From the NCBI GenBank assembly GCA_010909165.1, contig VJWM01000218.1:62001-126000 (forward strand): a stretch of 64,000 bases of DNA, given 5' to 3'. Under the pieces are notes generated by a model that did not search any database, had not been told where the DNA came from, and saw only the letters and a list, made by a program, of their open reading frames with translations. Shown here one piece after another: positions 10,441 to 23,660 of the stretch. Every line of letters begins with the position of its first letter. The stretch's first letter is position 1. The position numbers and the translations under genes are program-made. Source of the DNA: Anthoceros angustus (lineage: Eukaryota; Plantae; Anthocerotophyta).

Positions 10441-13110
10441 TGTTGCACCATGGTTCTTGAGGTAATGTTAGGGGGATTCTTAGCGTGCTAAAAGAATCTA
10501 TGTAGTAGCCACAATATCTAGACCTTTCACATATACATCAATTTGAGAGAGACACTATAATCAAAATTGAGACTTAATCAATCACTCATCGCTCACCTTT
10601 TGATCTTGAATTTGGGGTATCGAGGAAGGGGAGCGCGTTCGGATGGCTTGGCGTGTGTTAGCTTCCATGGTGCTGGTGGCTCGCGAAGATCCTAAAATCG
10701 CAGATGCCTAGAGCGTCCGCTTCTTCCTCTCCATGGGTAGGCGCCTCCGTGAGGATCATTTGGGGGGCGCATCAAAGAGATGAGGCGCTTCAACATTAGG
10801 TTCTGCATCGGCCCTTTCGGACGGGACTTCATTCTCTTCCACCACGCTCGGGTGTTTTTTACTAAGCATCTGAGGGCGCTTGGAGATTCCACCAAGCCAA
10901 CACTTTCTCTACTAGGTTCATCACCCATCAAGATCTGCTTCAAATCACGAATTGAACTCACTTCGAGTCACTTCACTTCGCATTAGAAAAATTATCTCAT
11001 TAGATACTAGTGCCAATAGCTCACCTCATGCGTGTTATATATGCCTTTGATTTAACAACCACAAAGAAATACTAAGAAGCAAACAATCATGGGAGCATGT
11101 GAACACCCAAATCTTAGATTTAATCGATTTGTGATGTGGAAGATGAGTTTCTTCCTCAAGAGCATGACTATAGATTGTAAGACATTTATGGACCCAACAC
11201 CAATTGGAACATCCGACTTAATTGCGGCTTGGAACAAGAGACCTAGCGCATGATCTCCTCATATCTCGCACTTGATAAAAGTATGCTTGACACACCACAG
11301 TACCAAGATGCTCACGGCATCGGAAGATATTTAACGATATGTTCCAAGCCCAAGACTCCATGTCACTAGTGGCGCCCAGATTGTTTTACGTACCAGATGA
11401 AGGACACGGAGAGTGTTGGTGACGTCACAATTCAAGCGGATAGCCGCCCGGCACCACATCAACACCAAGTCGTAATACTTCGACATCCCACGCATCTTAC
11501 GGGACTTTCGTCGGCTCAATTCCATCATCGGACAATACAGAATTTGGAGGTGCCCAAGCGGACACGTTCTAAATCGTTGGAGCTTTACTTGAGGAGGAAT
11601 CGAGCCGTGGCTCCAATTCAAGCCGGGTAGCACCAATCACGCACTCTTCACTTCGAGGCCGAGGCGGTCAAGAGGCGGAGGGCATAATTTTCAAAGCTCT
11701 AAAAATGTGATTGCATGCAAAGGCTATAAAAATCAATGGTGAAAAGGAAGAAGGAATGTGCGGATAGCCATTTAGTAAGTCTGGGGAAGAAACAATCGAG
11801 AAGACTCACCCGAACGAGTCGAAACTAATGACTCCCAAGCCCCACCAAATAATTCAATCTTAGGCATAATTTGATGGATTAGATGGTTGATAGAGCAACT
11901 ACTCACATTTGCGGGCGCATCAAAGAGATGAGGTTTTCATTAGGTTTGCATCGGCGTATGCCCCACGGACTTCATTCTCTTCCACCACGTGGCCTGATTT
12001 TTGCTCGATGCTGTGCAGATTGAGGCTGTGATTCCACCCAATTGTTTTACTAGAGTGATCACCCATCAAGATCTCGTTCAAATCACGAATTGAACTCACA
12101 AATCGAGTCAATTCGCATTAGAGAAAATTATCTCATTAGATACTAGTGCCAATAGCTCACAGCAATATATGCTCGCCTTTGATCCCCTTAACAACCACAA
12201 AGAAATACTAAGAAGCAAACAATCATGGAGGTGATATTCACTAAAATCGACCGTGCCGAGACCTTTAATAATCGATTATGTGGAAGATGAGTTTCTTCCT
12301 CAAGAGCATGACCGATGGAGATTGTCAGATATATATTAACACCAATTGGAACATCATTAGCGGGAACAAGAGAGACAGCGCCGCATTTAATCTCCTCATA
12401 TCTCGCACTTGATAAAAGTATGCTTCAAAGTAAAATTAAAGATGCTCAAAGAGGAAGATATTTAACGATATGTTCCAAGCCCAAGACTCCATGTCACTAG
12501 TGAGCGCCACGAGATTGTTTTACATGTGATGAAGGACACGGAGAGTGTTGAATAAAGACGTACATTTCAAAGAAGAGCGACTAGCCGCAACATACATCCA
12601 AGATAACCAAGTCAGTGAATAGACATCCCCGCCGCATCTTTAGGACTTCGGTCGAATTCCATCATCGAAAGCAAAAACCGGAGGTGCTAGCACACGCTCC
12701 AAATTGGAGCTTTACTTGAGGAGGAATCGAGCCGTGGCTCCAATTCAAGAACCGCCAAGGTAGCACAATCACGCACTCTTCACTGAGGCCGAGGAAAAAG
12801 GCAGGACGCTGTAATTTTCAAAGTGACTATGAGATAACATAGGCTACAACAAAAACAATAATGGTCGAAAAGGACCAAGGACTAAGTGGATCCGGTGGAG
12901 GTGAAGAAACAATCGGAGAACTCGAGTGATTCAAAAGTCGAACTCGCTAATGACTCCCAAGCCCCACCAAATAATTCAATCTTAAAGGCTTGATGTGTTG
13001 ACCCACGATTGTCGATGGTTGGATTCGTGAGCAACTACTCACATTTGAGGTGGGATATGTTCATCCTATCATAATGTCCTCTTGAGATGTCACCTTGGTG
13101 AGATACTTGT
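10441..13110 (+). mobile_element. Partial, internally duplicated 5' portions of the Ty1/copia (poor or chimeric consensus)
   Basis: Starts cggtt|TGTTG. Two successive noisy copies (~10700-11900 and ~11900-13100) of the gag region seen at 30000-31450. Confidence 0.65.
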
Positions 13111-13453
13111 AAGGCATGAAGTTTATTACACGCACTTGGGAAACTAGCTGCCCTATGCGCAGATAGGGAAATGCCTCTAGCAATACTAAGTCACCCTAGT
13201 ATCACTATCATTTGTATAATACAAGTATGGAGAAGGGGAGGGAGAACCCGGAGACGGAGGAACTTATATAGAGGGGACGATGAATCGTCGAGAGCACCGT
13301 GAACTTCGCTATTGGGAGCGATGGTCGCTGCGGTGAAAAAAAGGAACTCCTAGCGTATGCCAAACTCCTCCGCACCTCAAAAATGGGCGCCTCAAAGCGG
13401 GCTAGGATGTAGATGGCAGAGACCCTAGGATCGTAACTTAGCGAACCACGGTT

Positions 13454-16400
13454 TGTTGGTACCATACGCTACGGAGGGAAGCTTCTGTGATGTATTAATC
13501 AGGCACTATGTGCGCAGAAGAAATTTTAGTTGCCGTGATGCGGGATACCTTTCACATTAAAAGATTACAACCGCCGAGACACTAAAAGACGGACTTAATC
13601 AATCACTCATCGCTCACCTTCGTGATCTTGCACCCGCTTTATGGTATCGAGGAAGGCCAAGCGTCGATAGTGGAGGACGCTGGTGTTTAAGCGTTTGAAG
13701 AACAAGGCAAGAAGATCCTAAAATCGCAGATGCCTAAGCGATGGCTTCTTCCTCTCCGGGTAGGCGCCTCCGTTTGGCCATTTGCGGGCGCATCAAAGAG
13801 ATGAGGTTCAACATTGGCTCTTCGCATCGCATCGAAGCCACCGGGACTTCATTCTCTTCCACCACGCTCGGCGCGTGTTTTTGTTAACCGCTGCAGGGTG
13901 AGCGCTTCCAGATTCCACCAAGCCAACTTTTATAGGAGTCATCACCCATCAAGATCTCAAGAACCAATCACGAATTGAACTCACAAATCGAGTCACTTCA
14001 CTTCGTGCAAAAATTCATCCAAGATTAGATACTAGTGCCAATAGCTCACCTCAGACGTAGCAGCAATATATGCTCGCCTTTGATCCTTAACAACCACAAA
14101 GAAATACTCAATCTTAATAATGTATCAATTAATACAATATTATTTATAATCGATTTATGTGTGGAAGATGAGTCACCGCCCGGCCAAGAGCATGACCGAT
14201 GGAGATTGTATACACTCCCGTGCTGGACCCAACACCAAGTTGGAACATCCGACTTAATTGCGGCTTGGAACAAGAGAGAAGCGTACATTTAATCTCCTCA
14301 TATCTCGCACTTGATAAAAGTATGTAAAGACACACATAGTACCAAAGATGCTCACGGCATCGGAAGATATTTAACGATATGTTCCAAGCCCAAGACTCCA
14401 TGTCACTAGTGAGCACGAGATTGTTTTACGTACCAGATGAAGGACACGGAGAGTTGAAAGCCAAGAATTCCAAGGAAGAGTTACAGAAACCACAAATACT
14501 TAACACCAAGTAATACTCGACATGCATCTTACGGACTCGTCGAAATGGACACCAAAAAGTAATGAGGCCTAACAATCCTCAAATCGTTGGAGCTTTACTT
14601 GAGGAGGAATCGAGCCGTGGAAAAGTTCAACCATCACTTCCTTAAGAGGCAGAGGACGCTGTAATTTTCAAACTTTACGACTCACAAGATGCATGCACCG
14701 GAGGCTAAACAAAAACAATAATGGTGAAAAGTACAAAGGACCTGAAGAATCGGTGGGAGTATTCTACGAATCAAAGAAAACCTGTAGAATCCAGCTTTTA
14801 AAGATAATGTAACAAAGTCACAATTCAATCTTAGTCAGTCTGTTGATGTAATGTGATCGAGATTAGATAATTCGAGAGAAATCACATTTGAGTGTGATAT
14901 GTTCATCCTATCATAATGTCTTCGAAGATGTTGGTGACGAAAAGAAGGAGTGAAGTTGCATTGAGACTCTCTAATGGCGAATCCCTCATCATCAATGGAG
15001 TGCTTATTGCAATGACCAAGAACATGTCGGTGAGAAAATTGGCCACGGACGACCTCATAATTACTTTTCAAGGTTGCACAATTCATGATTGAATGATAAA
15101 CATCGTTGCACTTGCACGGCCTACCTTACACGACTGATCTTCATGATCTTCTTCATCACTTATGTTAGACTCATCATCATTTCTGATGTATTTATGGCGA
15201 GATATAAATGCGTTATTTGGAAGCCTTTGCCAACCGCCTTGTACAAGGATCCATGCATTAAATCCGATGAGATTTCTTATGAGATCAAGTACTCCAAGTT
15301 GACCCAACTCCTTTTAAAGATCCTTCACCAACAAGAGCTCGACGACAGGTTATCAAACATATGAGCACCGCTTGGGGCCACTCTTACTTCCTTACTTTTA
15401 TGAATGGGCAGTACTACATTTATTTCTTCGCCAGGATGAGGCCCTCACCGTTCCAAGAGTTTGTGTTAGCAGAACGAATGGTTTTCAAGTGCACTCTCGC
15501 GACAATGGTGGAGAATACACAAGTGCGACTTTTAATGAGTTGTACGATCCAAAGGGATCCTCGCCAACTTCATGCCATACACTCCTTCTCGAACCCCTAT
15601 AGGGCGACTCAATAGATCACTTCTTGAGATTTCGCTCCATTGAGCTCTCCACCTCTCTAGGCCCTGGGTGATGCTCTGACCAACTACCTTAAAACAGGCT
15701 TCCTACTAAAGAGCCGCCAGCACTACACCTTTGAGATGGCAGTAACAAACCTAGAATCTCCATCTTAGATCTGGTAGTACTTTTGCCCATATACGGATGC
15801 CACCCGTAAATGGGACGACAAAAGTCGCAAGCTTCTCTTCATTGGCTACTCGGATCAAGTAAAAGCCTACCGTCTCATCCGACTACTAGAGGTAATCCTT
15901 TCCCGATTCATTTCCATGAATCCCATGTCCTCAACACCTATCTTACCTCCTGTCTACCTCTCTTGGTATCTGGCCTCCTACCTTGACTAATTTTCCTTGC
16001 CCTTGAGGGGCCACATCTCACTCAAGAAGAAGGACGATATGCAAGCTCAAGAGGAAACTCGCTCATTCACCCGTTCCAGGCCCTACTCAAGCACCTCCTG
16101 AGACACAAAATATACTAGATATACCACATATACCAACTATTCCCTATCAAGCCACTATAGCTGGTATTACCAAGGGCGACCTCGGTGCATCCTTTTCATC
16201 CACAAGGATAATGAGGTACACATCCACACTGAACCACCACCTCTTAGGCGATCTACTGCCATAGACCACCTAGCCATCAATGGAGACATCCACCCTTGTC
16301 CCTAGACTCCTTTTCTGAAGGCCTATTCCACCTGGAAGCACTAGTTCCGCTCAAGCCCAGCTGACAATGCGACCGACAGATTGCATTGCATCAAGCCACA

Positions 16401-18979
16401 TCGAATTGAGATCGAGATGTACCGCAAGCATAGAAGAAGCCCTTAGCATACAGATGGAAGGCTTCCGTTCAATCAATATGACTCTAATTGCCAACAAAAC
16501 TTGGAAACTTCGCGGCCTCCCTTTGGAGCCGTTTCACAAATGGACCTTAAGGAAACTCAACCACGATGGGGGCTTGGATACAAGTCTAGGTAGTGGAGGT
16601 TTCACCAGTACCGTGTTTCACTATGAAGAAAAGCAGTTGTTTAGTCCGTTGTCAAGGCAACCCGATAAGGATACTACTAGCTTTTCGCTCACCACCACTG
16701 TATATACACGGTGGAAAATGCTTTTCTTTAACCCTACATGAGGACATCTACATGTTACACCACTGTGGTTTGTTAAAGGCTGACAAGGTGTGTAAATTGC
16801 TCAAATCCATCTATGGATTAAAGCAATCGGCACAAGTGTGGAATGAGGGTGGACAGATCACGAAGAAGTGTGGCTTTGCCCCTCTCATCTCGAGACACCG
16901 TGTTTACATCACGAGAACCAACAACAGTTTGCAATTGTCACCTTATGTAGCGATAATTTCATTTTCGGACAACCGGAAGTAATACAATATGTGAAAGATG
17001 TTATCAAAGTACGACGTTGTTGACATGGGACCTCTACGCTATGCTCTCGTCGTTTGAATTCAAGGAAGAAGATCACACCTTTTCATCCACCAAGAGCATT
17101 ATGTCGCAACTCTGGAAAGGTTCAACTCAAGGACGCCAAGCCGCCCACGCCCAATTGCCTCGGAAAAGGTATCGGTGAGGGCGGTCATCTGAAGAAGTGC
17201 AGATGAGGAGCATCCCCTATGAGGCTGTGAAGTTTACTTTGTTGTCGATCTGGACAAGGCCGGACATATCACAAGTGAATATAGTGTCGGATATCTCTCT
17301 AATCCGGAAGGCGCATTGGACTGCGTCAGAGGATTCTCCGTTATTTGAAAAGACAAAATCATACTTGATAGGTGACCACTCATCCAAGCTTATTCTTACC
17401 TCCTTTTGATCACATTAGGAGCGAGTGGAGATCAAGCTAACGCCCTCGTGATTATCAGCTACCTTTGTCTCGTGGGCACGCAAGAAGATGCACCATTTGC
17501 ACTTCATCCCGAGCTATGCTCGACCACCAAGGAGATACTTTGGATTCGTAATTCCTACAAGACATTCATGAGAAGCGGGATGAGGCAACTCATTTGTATT
17601 GACAAAATCGGATAGCTATGAATGATCCGATTTTGCGAGGACCAAGCACGTGGACATTTCATTTTCTAGGAACAAGTAATACAATATGTGAAAGATGTTA
17701 TCAAGGGAGTACGACGTTGTTGACATGGGACCTCTACGCTATGCTCTGAGTACGCTTTGAATTCAAGGAAGAAGATCACACCTTTTCATCCACCAAGAGC
17801 ATTATGTCATACAACCACCGGAAAGGTTCAACTGGGACGCCAAGCCGCCCACGCCCAATTGCCTTAGAAGGTATCACCGAGATCAAAGACTCAAGAAGTG
17901 CAGATGAGGAGCATCCCCTACAGTGAGGGGAAGTTTACTTTATTTATCGATCGACAAGGCCGGACATATCAGCTGTGAATATAGTGTCCGGATATCTCTA
18001 ATCCGGAAGGCGATTGGACTCAACAAGAGGATTCTCCGTTATTTGAAAAGACAAAATCATGTTGCTATATAGATGACCACTCATCCAAGCTTATTCTTAC
18101 CTCCTTTTCGGATGCGACAAGGCGACCGGCGCGGAGATCAATGCCACCAGACATTATCAACGGATCAGTTCCTGGGCTGCAAGAAGATGCGACCATTTGC
18201 ACTTCATCCATCAAGAGTATGCACCACGACCAGCCTAAGCAAGGAGATACTTTGGATTCGTCAATTCCTACAAGACATTCATGAGAAGTGGATGAGGCAA
18301 CTCACAGATAGACAACCAAAGAATAGCTATGACACACAATCCGATTTTGCGAGGACCAAGCACGTGGACATTCAAGATCATTTTATCCGCAAGTGGTGGC
18401 GAACAATCAAATCTCATTATGCTACATAAGTACAAGCGACAACACCGAGACATGACAAGGACTTCCCAAGGCACTTCACGACAAGCATGTCGAAGGTATC
18501 GCAGTGAAAATGAAGCGTGTCGGGCATCGGTGATCTAAGAAAGGGGAGCCCCTAGTCACTTGACACCAACTAGAACTCCTTGTTGTCTTTCATCCAAGCC
18601 TCCCTTGACTTTTCACCACCGTTCTTGTGTACTCCTTTTTGCTTGAGACTTTCAATGCGCTTATAATCACCTTCGGATTATGTGACTCAAGTTTGGAGAC
18701 CACCAGATTGGAGTCTCTGCGAAGGCCAAGTTGAGACCACGGTGGGCGGGAGGCAATCGGATGCACTAGATCCGCGGCGAGGGGGGGAGTGTTGGAGCCA
18801 TAGCGCTACGGAGGAAGCTTCGTTCCGTTGGCTTTGTTAGGCACGTTTTGCGTCGTAGAAGAATGTTTTAGTTGCCGGGGCTCCGCGTTCGTTACCTCAC
18901 TTAAATGCCCTAAACCGCTGAGACACTATATCGGGGGATGTAGATCACTCTAGCGCTCACCTAGATCTTGCACCCGCCA
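13454..18979 (+). mobile_element. Ty1/copia LTR retrotransposon, full-length, frameshifted consensus
   Basis: LTRs from 13454 and 18790. PBS TGGTATCGA at 13642, PPT before 18790. Integrase DNGGEYTS, RT LLKSIYGLKQSAQVWNE, RNase H ARTKHVDIQDHFIR in copia order. Internal duplication ~17000-18400. Confidence 0.85.
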
Positions 18980-21232
18980 CGGTTCGTTTGGTAAACCCGA
19001 TGACATGTTAAGGAAGGCCAAGGATTCTTAGAGGGTGATGTATAATCTATGACAAAATCTATGTAAAAGTAGCATCACAAAATAGACCTCAAAAAGGCTG
19101 TGGGCATATTTTCTAGAATTTCATACATCAAAATTTGAGAGAAAAAGGCAAAAAGAGAACTAGAGACTCAATATGAGTGAGCTGGGAATTTGGGGTTAAG
19201 GAAAGGGAGAGGTGTCTGATGGTTTTGGTGCGTGTGGAACCTCCTAGTTAGTCTTCTCATTTCTTGTGGTTCCGTTGATAGGGGTTTTACTTGTACACTC
19301 ATAGGCCATGGTTCCTAGTAGGTCCAGTTTTGTATTGGCGGATTTTGGCTTTGTGGCGGTGTCCTTGTGATGATTTGGAGGTTTTGGTTTTCGATCGCTG
19401 CGATGGGGGCTTTGGCTCCGATTCTGGCTCTTCTCGGTTGCTCGTGTTCTTGGTGTTGCGTGCCGGATGATGGTGAATTGGGGCCCGAGCTCCGTAGGTT
19501 AATTTTGTCTACAAGTTACATTTGGTATGAGGGGGTTTGTTTTGCTCTCGTCTTCGCTTGGCAAGGGAGGCGCTATTTTGATCTATGGAGGATGAGGTTT
19601 CTGGCTTCTCTTAGTATCATTTTCGGTCTCAATTTGCGGTTTCAAAATAAAGCGTGATTTTTTTCACAAAATAAAAACCATGCTCCCTGAAGCCGCTTAA
19701 CAGTGGATGAGTCCACCCCAATACCTATTAGAACTCACGATGTCTCATTTGAGGGAAGCCAATGTGCCTTTTTCCAAGAGGCACTTATGTAGTTATTTGG
19801 GTTTCTTCCTTCTAGCGAGTAATTGCAAGATATATATTAATACATATTTATTTATAGATCATTAGGCGTATGCAGCCATGAGGCTATGATGCCTCTATTT
19901 ACATTTTTTCACCAGCAATGCTTGCGGCAGTAGATTTTTCAAATTCCTAATTCTAATATTATAATAGCGAAAGAGGTTTTGGTCCTATGGAGCTTGTTGT
20001 GGTGTATATTAATACATATAGACCACAATAAGTGCATTTAAAACCCTACAATTTGGAAAGTCTACATTTTAGATAAGCCTATGGAGGTAGTTCTAGATGG
20101 AACATACATCCAAGATAAAGTCAAGTTGAAGAGACTGGCAAAACATTAAAACAAGGTCCTCATTTCAAGACACTATCACCAAGTCATTCAAATACCTTGA
20201 TGGAGCTAGCCCTAAATGGAACACATACCCGACGAAGGCCCCTTAACAATCATCAAGTATTTATGATAACCTTGTGGAGTTTGCTCGAGACGAAACAAAC
20301 GCTCAAGCGCTTCCTTGAAGAGAGTAGGTTCCCATTATAACATTGTACCACCAAGTATGTCAAATCACCTTGTGGAGTGTGACCGAGAGGAACATACGCA
20401 CAAGTACAAAGTCCCTTGAAGAAACTAGGTCAAATACCTACAATCAAACTTGGGTAGGTACCCATCCATTATTCTTCCTGACGTGAAGAGTGGTATCAAA
20501 TTTGAGGTTGAGCGTTATTATCCTAGCATTATTCTAAAAATGTCGAGATAAGAAAGGTAATTTCAAAGAAAAATAGAAGTGTAGGAGAGGGACAATGTGT
20601 GTGTGTTAGGGGGGTAACTAGTGGAGAAAGTGATTGGGAGCGAGAGTATGGGGTGCAAGAAGAAAAGAAAAGGAAGGAGGGACAAGATTTATGAGTAAAA
20701 GGAAATATTATAAAAATAGAAATAGATTGAAAAAAATAAAACATAAAATATGGAAAAGAGTGAAAAAGATAGAAGATAAAAAGAAAAGAAAAAGTGAAGA
20801 AGATATCAAACAAAAATTAAAATTTGAATACCTAGTTGAAATCTTCTTTTGATATTATGTATTGAAGAAGAATAAAGTCATTGAATTTAGGTAACATGGG
20901 ATCGACAAGAAAAAGATTGTATATCGAGATATAAATGAGTTTGTTCTCTATATATGTACAAGTCCTCTCATCACAATTTCACATATTTGATCGCACTTGC
21001 TATCTCCGTGAGTTATTCTCTTATTAGGTACATTTCTTTAGGTTTGATTGTAGTATTGCTCTTAGATTTGCTTAGGTTTGATTGTGATATTGCTCTTAGA
21101 TTTGCTTAGATGTGATTGTAATTTTGGTCTTAGACTTGTTGTGCATTGAAATGGGTAGAGTATTGGCGAAGATCTTTTGTATAGAAAATGTAACGATTGC
21201 TTGATGTTGCTTGGTTTGTGTAGCTAGAGAAA

Positions 21233-21841
21233 ATGGCGACATCTATGGGATTTGGACGATCTTTCCTTGCTATTTTCCTTGCTCTTCTACTCATGTTTCC
21301 AAGCATATTGCTAGGCGTACTAGGAGTCACTTGCGAACGTCAAGAGGATAGATATTGATGACATATTGAGGGCTCCACGAAAACCGCCTAGTGGTCCTAG
21401 CCCCAATGAGCCGTGGATGCCTCCTCTAGATCCACGGTGATTGTTCGAGGAGACGAGGCATCTTGAGGGCTCCTAGAAAACCACCTAGTGGTGCTAGCCA
21501 CAGTAATGAGCCCGGGATGCCTCCTCTCGATGTAGAGAAAGTGGCTCAAGGAGACGCACGCATCTTGAGGGCTCCTGAAACCACCTAGCGGTGCTAGCTC
21601 GGCAATGAGCACAGGATGCCTCCTCTAGAGGCAAAGAAAGTAATTGTTGGAGGGCACAAAGGCATCTTGAGAGCTCCAAGAAAACCACCTAGTGGTGCTA
21701 GCCACGGCAATGAGCACAGGATGCCTCCTCTAGATCCAAGGTGACTCTTGAGGAGGCAGGCGCATCTTGAGGGCTCCACGAAAACCACCTAGCGGTGCTA
21801 GCCACGGCAATGAGCCCAGGATGCCTCCTCTAGATCCATAG
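21233..21841 (+). CDS. Multi-repeat peptide precursor, copy 3 (indels)
   Basis: Same signal peptide and five repeats. Confidence 0.7.
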
Positions 21842-23428
21842 AGAGTCATTTTCAACTTGTATTGAGTGTAGAAGTAATGGCTCATACAAGGCACAAGTGG
21901 GAATTATAATGTGCATATGTCGCTCACCCTTGGACACCCTTTTCGTTGGGAAGGTGTGGTATTGAAACGGGAGATATTTTCTTGTCGTATATTTATTGAA
22001 GAATTTAACGAACTTATTATGTTAACAATAAACAATAATTGGATTTACTAACTATTGATCTTTTGATGTTAATACGACATTAAAGGGAATGTGTTACTTG
22101 ACCCCATCATTTCACTCCGGAACAAGGATGTGGAAATGCATGTCACACCATTTGGTCTACACCGTGGCTTTAGCGCATCGACGAAGACGATCCCCTGATG
22201 AGCCCCATTGCATATAGCACCAGCCGTTGAGAGGGATGGGAGAAAAGTGATAGCAAGCCTGCGCACAGCGGCGGTGGAATTGAAGGACAAGACTACCGCA
22301 TGTGAATACGCAAGTTTCGAGGAGTGGCGAAATGGTCATCGTGCGCAACTTTCAGATAATCCCACAATCGAACACCCTCGTCGCAGAGGCTTGGCAGCTG
22401 AAACCGGTGAGTCGCATCTTGCAGCATGATAGACCCGAGCTCGCGATGGAGAAAGAATTAGGACACGGACTTAGAATATCTAGGAGATTGGAGACAGGTA
22501 GCCGCAAAACCCCTTAGGTTGAAAGGTCCTCTCATGTTACAAAGACATTGGTATGCCAAAATGAACCTACCTAGCTCAAGACCGCGAGGACATCCAAGCC
22601 CTCGGGACAAGGTATTGGGTCCCATCCTTTCCTTTGAAGTCGCTTTCCTACATACTTGGAGTACAAAGCATTGCTAGAGGACATCTACAACGGCTTCCAC
22701 ACACCGTTCCATCTAGTCCGTACAATACTAATGAACTTACCCCGGCCACGGACATGAACCACAGGCGGTCCATGAGTCCACCATTGAGTATTGGACCCCA
22801 ACCGGAGCTCTACTGCGTTGCTACCTCGAGCAGGCGCCGGCGCGGTCCTTCACCAGCGAGGCCGGTGCCAGACTTGCAGTGAGCCTGCGGCTAAACTCTC
22901 CTTATGTCAAGGGGAGAAATTCCATATAGTGCAAGGAATCGATCTCGATCTTCGTGAGGTGTTCTCCTAGGACGTTTAGAATCGCTACTATCTAAGAGTT
23001 TGATTCTATAGGGATTTCTGTTCAACTCATGTGCTTTGAGGTGATCGAACACTTTTAGACCAGACTTGCTCTTCAAAGACGACACCCATTGCTCCGCGTC
23101 ATTGCATATTTGCTTATCACGAATTTGGACAACAAAATAAAGGTGTAGCACTAGCGACCACGAGGTCCTAGGATACGACTAGTCCGCAATGTATGAAGCG
23201 GGTAATCAATCTACAAACATTCGATACCGAGTACTTGGGGTATGATACCATATTAACTGAAAACTATAGAGAACTTGTACAATTGAATAAGTGCAACTAA
23301 TCGATGAATTACAAAATTATCCTAAATACTTGTGTGGTGGTATTGTGGTGTATGTTCAAAATTAACCTAAATGAATAAATAATATTGGATAGGTTAAATT
23401 AACCCTAACCTCTGATTAGCTAAAGAAA

Positions 23429-23660
23429 ATGGCAACATCTATGAGATTTGGATGATGTTTCCTTGCTAATTTTCTTGGTCTTCTACTCATGTTTCCGAGC
23501 ATGCTCGGATATACTAGGAGTCACTTACCAAACATCAAGAGGATAGATCGATAATAGCTAGCATCTATCTTGAGCTAGCTCCAAGAAAACCACCAAGTAG
23601 TGCTAGCCTGTAATGAGCCCCGAGAAGCCTCCTCCATTTAGAATATTTGAGAAAAATTAA
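23429..23660 (+). pseudogene. Single-core paralog pseudogene, copy 2
   Basis: Same TGA at codon 9 as the 9590 copy. Confidence 0.7.
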
